Assembly (NCBI GenBank): GCA_029863605.1
Contig: JAOTVB010000012.1
Coordinates: forward strand, 8,900-72,899
Direction of reading: 5' to 3'
Origin: Myxococcales bacterium
GTDB taxonomy: Bacteria > Myxococcota_A > Polyangia > Polyangiales > Houyiibacteriaceae
Length of the DNA: 64,000 nt
In this document: in pieces, positions 59,481 to 64,000 of the stretch
Layout of the letters: each line of letters begins with the position of its first letter
How positions within the stretch are numbered: the first letter of the stretch is position 1
The notes under the pieces: generated by a model
The model's input: the letters and a program-made list of their open reading frames with translations, nothing else
Database searches by the model: none
What the model was told of the DNA's origin: nothing
Program-made: the position numbers and the translations under genes

Positions 59481-60806
59481 CTCGACTTCGCCTCGAATCG
59501 CTTCGAGCCGGCCCTGCGACGCTGCCTCGAAACGGAGAACCAAGACCGGCTGGGTGTTCGATGCGCGGACTAGCCCCCAACCCCCTTCGAACTGGATTCG
59601 AGCACCGTCTATATCGACGAGCTCGTGAGTCGACCGGTAGTGTTCGACGATGCCTCGGACCACGTCGAACTTGAGCCCGTCGTCGCACGGAACGCGGATT
59701 TCAGGGGTCGTGAAGGTCTTGGGCACGTCGCTCAGCATCTCGTGAATAGGCATGCTCGTGTGCGAGACGATCTCCAGAATCCGAAGCGCCGCATAGATCG
59801 CGTCGTCAAAGCCGTAGTAACGGTCCGCGAAGAAGATATGCCCGCTCATCTCGCCGGCTAGCAACGCCCCCTCCTTTTTCATCTTGGTCTTGATCAGGGA
59901 ATGCCCGGTCTTCCAGAGGAGGCCGCGGCCGCCGTGAGCCTCGATGTCGTCGTACAGCGTCTGCGAGCACTTGACTTCACCGATGATCGTCGCGCCAGGG
60001 TGCTCCGCAAGCAGCGCCCGTGAGAGGATGATCATCAGGCGGTCGCCCCAGATGATGTCGCCACGCGCATCGATCACCCCGAGGCGGTCTGCGTCGCCGT
60101 CAAACGCGAAGCCGAGCTCGAGGTTGTCCGAGAGCACCCGTTCTCGTAGCATTTCGAGGGTTTTGGGATCGGTGGGATCGGCATGATGCACTGGAAACGT
60201 GCCGTCCATCTCGCACAACATTGCAATCGGCGCGAGGCCGAGAGCAGTCATCGTCTCGATACCCAATGGGCCGCCCGCTCCATTGCCTGCGTCGAGGGCG
60301 AATCGGATGTCGCGGCGTCCGAGGCGGATTCCTTCCTTTGCGGTTTGAACGTACGCAGGGGTCGGATCGACGCACTCGATCGCGCCTCCGGCCTCGCTGT
60401 GGAACTGCTTGGTCTCCATAAGATGACGCACCTGTGCGATGTCGGCGCCGTACAACGACGCCTTGCCCACCATCATCTTGAACCCGTTCTCCTCGGGTGG
60501 ATTGTGGCTACCGGTAATATGGATGCCCCCGTCGAGGTCACGACTATGTACCGCGAAGTAGAGCAAAGGCGTCGGTCCAATCCCGATGTCAGTCAGTTGC
60601 AACCCGGTCTCGACGAGTCCGCTGCAGAGCGCCTCGTGCAATCTCGGAGAGCTCACACGGCAGTCGCGCCCGACTGCGATGCGTCGGAGCCCGCGACCGG
60701 AGAAAAAAGTGCCTAGACTGAGACCGAGCTCACGAACGAGCTCGTCGTCGAAATCCCGCTCTGCGTGCCCCCGAATGTCGTACTCGCGAAAGACGTGCGG
60801 ATTCAC
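59448..60806 (-). CDS. manB: phosphomannomutase/phosphoglucomutase
   Basis: ITGSHNPPEENG (catalytic Ser loop) and FDGDADRLGV (metal-binding loop). Confidence 0.9.
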   Translation of the reverse strand: MNPHVFREYDIRGHAERDFDDELVRELGLSLGTFFSGRGLRRIAVGRDCRVSSPRLHEALCSGLVETGLQLTDIGIGPTPLLYFAVHSRDLDGGIHITGSHNPPEENGFKMMVGKASLYGADIAQVRHLMETKQFHSEAGGAIECVDPTPAYVQTAKEGIRLGRRDIRFALDAGNGAGGPLGIETMTALGLAPIAMLCEMDGTFPVHHADPTDPKTLEMLRERVLSDNLELGFAFDGDADRLGVIDARGDIIWGDRLMIILSRALLAEHPGATIIGEVKCSQTLYDDIEAHGGRGLLWKTGHSLIKTKMKKEGALLAGEMSGHIFFADRYYGFDDAIYAALRILEIVSHTSMPIHEMLSDVPKTFTTPEIRVPCDDGLKFDVVRGIVEHYRSTHELVDIDGARIQFEGGWGLVRASNTQPVLVLRFEAASQGRLEAIRGEVESVLGRIRDAG

Positions 60807-60810
60807 GCGC

Positions 60811-61887
60811 TCACCTACGAGGGTCTTTTCGCTCGCGTAGCTTCGCGACCACCTCGCGGACGTCTTGGGCGCGGTCGCTTGGCACGATTAGAAGTGCGTC
60901 GCCCGAGTCGACGACCACCAAGTCATCGACTCCTACGAGCGCGATCAGCTTGCCCGACGGAGCATGGACGTAGTTGCGGTGCGCATCGACGCAGATCCCG
61001 TCTTCGGGAAGAACATTTGCGTGCTCATCTTGTTCGGCAAGCTCCCAGGCCGAGGTCCAACTCCCGAGATCCGACCAAGGGAAAGAACCCGGCACCACAC
61101 TCACGGCGTCGACCTTTTCCATGATTCCGTGGTCGACGCTCACCGCGGGGAGGTCGGCGTAGGTTGCACGTACAGCGCTTGCTTCGTCTCCGGAGCGCGC
61201 AGCCTCGTCGTAGCGCCTCAACTCGTTGCCGAGGCCAGGGAGATGCTGGTCGATGGCGTCGAGGATCCGAGATGCGAGGAAGAAAAACATCCCGCTATTC
61301 CAGAGAAACCTATCGGACGCGACGAACTGTTCTGCCCTTTGACGATTGGGTTTCTCGACGAATCGACGTGCGCGAAACACACCCGGGTCGAGCTCGCCGC
61401 CGACTTCGATGTAACCGAAACCCGTTTCGGCGCGGGTGGGCCGGATCCCGATGGTGACGTAGTCGCCGTGGGTCGCTGCTTCGAGCCCGCGGCGGAGACT
61501 GTCCACGTATCCGTCGGTCTCGCTGATGTAGTGGTCGGCGGGGAGCACCGCCATGATCGCGTTTTCGTCCCGTCGCAGGATGTGGCTTGCTGCCCACCCG
61601 ATACACGGCGCGGTGTTACGGCCGACTGGCTCCGCGAGAATCTGTCCGCGATCGAGCTCGGGAAGCTCTTTTTCGACCAAGTCTTGCTGGCTTTCGCCCG
61701 TCACCACCCAGGTGCGGCTAGGGGGAATCACCTCCCATACGCGCTCGGCAGTGGCGCGAAGCAACGAACGGTCATCGGGCCCGAGCGAGAGAAACTGTTT
61801 TGGTCGCGAGCTTCGCGAAAGAGGCCAGAACCGTGTCCCTGACCCTCCCGCCATGATTACCGCGTGTGCTTTGTCGAGTTCCGTCAT
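60811..61887 (-). CDS. manC: mannose-1-phosphate guanylyltransferase
   Basis: VIMAGGSGTRFWPLSR nucleotidyltransferase motif. 358 aa, with no C-terminal isomerase domain. Confidence 0.88.
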   Translation of the reverse strand: MTELDKAHAVIMAGGSGTRFWPLSRSSRPKQFLSLGPDDRSLLRATAERVWEVIPPSRTWVVTGESQQDLVEKELPELDRGQILAEPVGRNTAPCIGWAASHILRRDENAIMAVLPADHYISETDGYVDSLRRGLEAATHGDYVTIGIRPTRAETGFGYIEVGGELDPGVFRARRFVEKPNRQRAEQFVASDRFLWNSGMFFFLASRILDAIDQHLPGLGNELRRYDEAARSGDEASAVRATYADLPAVSVDHGIMEKVDAVSVVPGSFPWSDLGSWTSAWELAEQDEHANVLPEDGICVDAHRNYVHAPSGKLIALVGVDDLVVVDSGDALLIVPSDRAQDVREVVAKLRERKDPRR

Positions 61888-61902
61888 GATTGGCGGTAAG
61901 TC

Positions 61903-62727
61903 CTATCGCGTCACTAGATAAATTCCGAGGGGCAGGAGATAGAAGGCGAACATCCACATACGCCCCACGAAAATGACATTGCGAAGAATAACAAGCGCCA
62001 CGTACCCCGTCACCAGTGCCGTTGCACCACCGATCCATGCGAATCCTCCGAGCTCTCCGAGCTCTCCTGAGGCGGCCGCTTCGAAACCAGCAGCGCCGAT
62101 GATGGCGGGGATGGAGATGAGAAACGAAAATCGGAATGCCTCCGAGCCGCGCACGCCCAAAAGCATGGCCGTTGCGATCGTCACGCCGCTCCGGCTCACC
62201 CCCGGGAGGACCGCCACGCCCTGCACCAACCCGACCAGGATCGCCATCCACCAGGCCACCTCGTCACGCCTCCCGCTCATAAGGCCGCTTGCCAGCAAGA
62301 AAGCCGCGGACACGAGAAACCCGAGGCCAATTAGGCGTAGGTTTTCGGTGAACTCCTCAGCCGTCCGTAGGAGCGCTGGTCCGAGGACGACGGTGATGAC
62401 GGTCGCGATCCCGATCGCCATCAGAGTGCGGCCCCCTGCCGTAGAGCGCAGTCGGCCCGGGTGTCGAGCCGAGTGCGCGAATTCGGTCAAAAGCGGCGCC
62501 AGGTCTGCCCTCAGGAATAGGATGGTCGCCACGAGGGTCCCTAAATGAAGAAGGACCGTGAGTGCGAGGGGGTTCTCGCGTATCCCGAAAAACGCCGAGC
62601 CTAGGGCAACGTGGCCGCTGCTCGACACCGGAAGAAATTCGGTCAGGCCCTGAAGCGCGCCCAGTGCGGCCGCGGTGATCGCATCGATCCCCTCCGACAA
62701 AGTGCAAGGCCATAGCGGCTGTTTCAC
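61903..62727 (-). CDS. uppP: undecaprenyl-diphosphate phosphatase
   Basis: LTEFLPVSSSGH motif. Eight hydrophobic segments. 274 aa. Confidence 0.92.
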   Translation of the reverse strand: MKQPLWPCTLSEGIDAITAAALGALQGLTEFLPVSSSGHVALGSAFFGIRENPLALTVLLHLGTLVATILFLRADLAPLLTEFAHSARHPGRLRSTAGGRTLMAIGIATVITVVLGPALLRTAEEFTENLRLIGLGFLVSAAFLLASGLMSGRRDEVAWWMAILVGLVQGVAVLPGVSRSGVTIATAMLLGVRGSEAFRFSFLISIPAIIGAAGFEAAASGELGELGGFAWIGGATALVTGYVALVILRNVIFVGRMWMFAFYLLPLGIYLVTR

Positions 62728-62812
62728 CCCACTGCAAGGTGTGACGATGGCGGCTTTGCAGCATGTGAGCGTGGCTGTTTTGGTCCTGTTCGATTAGGAT
62801 TCGCCGGGCCTT

Positions 62813-64000
62813 ATGCGAGAGACTTGGAACGCGGCCCGGGTCGGCCTGATGGTGGTTCTCGGGCTGATCGTCACCGTTGCGGTTTATCGTTACGTCGACG
62901 AACGTGCGTCGACCGAATCGGGCTACGGGGTTTACGCCTATTTCGACGACGTGCAGGGGCTCATCGCCAAGTCACGCGTCCTGGTTGCGGGCATTCCAGT
63001 CGGCTACATCTCGACCATCCGCCTCGAGGGTGACAAAGCTAGGGTCGATCTCCGGATCGAGGGCGGGGTCACCCTATACGACGATGCCTCGGTGACGATG
63101 CGAAGCCTGTCTCTTCTCGGCGAGCGCGTTCTGGTCATCAACCCTGGCACCATTGGGCACCCCGAGATTCCCGACGGGGGAGAGATCCGTGTTGCTTCCG
63201 TGGGTGTTCAGACCGACGACATTCTGGTGACCGTGAACGATATCGCACAGAGCGTTCGCCGAATCACGACCCAGATGGAGCGCGCTTTCGGGAGCGACGA
63301 GGCGGGTGAACGAATGGAGAGCGCCCTCCGCAACCTCAGCGACGCCCTCGAGAACATCAAGGTGGTTACCGACGAAGCCGGCCCACGAATCATCAACATC
63401 ATGGAAAACGTCGAGATGGCGACGGGCGATCTCAACGCCATCATCCAGAAGCGCAAAGGCGACATCGATCGTGGGGTGGCGGAAGTCGATGACACCATCG
63501 CATCGATTCACCGCGCCGCCGACCAGCTCAACGCAGTGCTCGAAGACGTGAAAGAGGTTTCCGGCCGAACGGCTCGAGGCGAGGGAACTATCGGACGCCT
63601 CACCCAGGACGAGGCGCTGATCGACGAGGTGGAGGGCGTTGCCGAGGGTCTCAATAATTTCGTCGGGGGGCTGAACCGCCTTCGCACGATCGTGGAGCTG
63701 AAGAGTGAGTACTACGCTCTCGGGAGCGCTTTTAAGACGTACTTCTCGATCTACCTGAAGCCTAGGGAAGGGCGCTACTTCTTGTTTCAGGTCGTCGACG
63801 ACCCGCGCGGTACCATCAGCGTGAGCGACACGATCATTCGTCAGAGCCCACCCCCCTTGTTCGAGCCGAACGAATTTCGACGGACCGAGATCACCCGCAC
63901 CAACCGCCTGAGGTTTTCGGCGGAGTTCGGCAAGACGATTTCGTTTGCGACGTTTCGCTTCGGGATCATCGAATCGACGGGCGGCCTAGGGATGGACCTC
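62813..64000 (+). CDS. MlaD/Mce-family protein (3' end beyond the window)
   Basis: ATG 62813. N-terminal TM, then YAYFDDVQGLIAKSRVLVAGIPVGYISTIRLEG (MlaD domain). The frame is open to position 64000. It is absent from the ORF track because it lacks a stop. Confidence 0.8.
   Translation, partial: MRETWNAARVGLMVVLGLIVTVAVYRYVDERASTESGYGVYAYFDDVQGLIAKSRVLVAGIPVGYISTIRLEGDKARVDLRIEGGVTLYDDASVTMRSLSLLGERVLVINPGTIGHPEIPDGGEIRVASVGVQTDDILVTVNDIAQSVRRITTQMERAFGSDEAGERMESALRNLSDALENIKVVTDEAGPRIINIMENVEMATGDLNAIIQKRKGDIDRGVAEVDDTIASIHRAADQLNAVLEDVKEVSGRTARGEGTIGRLTQDEALIDEVEGVAEGLNNFVGGLNRLRTIVELKSEYYALGSAFKTYFSIYLKPREGRYFLFQVVDDPRGTISVSDTIIRQSPPPLFEPNEFRRTEITRTNRLRFSAEFGKTISFATFRFGIIESTGGLGMDL

Overview
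GC-rich, densely coding bacterial chromosomal segment with a strong G/C preference at codon third positions and many long antisense shadow ORFs. The gene content (PEGA-domain proteins, FHA-GGDEF, a Ser/Thr-kinase-like protein with a GYF domain, PilT paralogues, SPOR, many lipoproteins) suggests a Myxococcota-like deltaproteobacterium, but that is inference only. I support about 57 protein-coding genes. Most are housekeeping: Topo IV-like parC/parE, guaB/guaA, pfk, rlmB-like, pyrF, gpsA, lon, gyrA, hisBHAF, manB/manC, uppP, thiD and ppk2. I found no rRNA, tRNA, CRISPR array, transposase/integrase or recognisable defence system. Nothing here is a clear-cut novel system; the items below are the ones most worth a second look. 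(1) A zinc-finger ParA-like ATPase plus a small RHH protein sit directly downstream of parC/parE. (2) A lipoprotein fuses a planctomycete-type cytochrome-c-like module to a PHM/DBH-type copper-monooxygenase motif set. (3) An approximately 11 kb envelope cluster (15.6-26.8 kb) holds paralogous lipoproteins, FadL-like outer-membrane proteins carrying coiled-coil segments, and two K+-channel-type genes. (4) A PilT-like ATPase has a duplicated N-domain and sits next to a canonical pilT. (5) A predicted pseudokinase has GYF, TM and periplasmic domains. (6) A lid-less Hsp70 carries an approximately 200-aa interdomain insertion and has a J-protein partner. (7) Several DNA-level elements are unexplained: a recurring A-tract/GGGR-ACTGY-YCCC/T-tract palindrome, a 133-bp imperfect inverted repeat, and an unassigned approximately 430 bp stretch upstream of hisB. 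All functional calls rest on motifs read by eye; no database search was possible.
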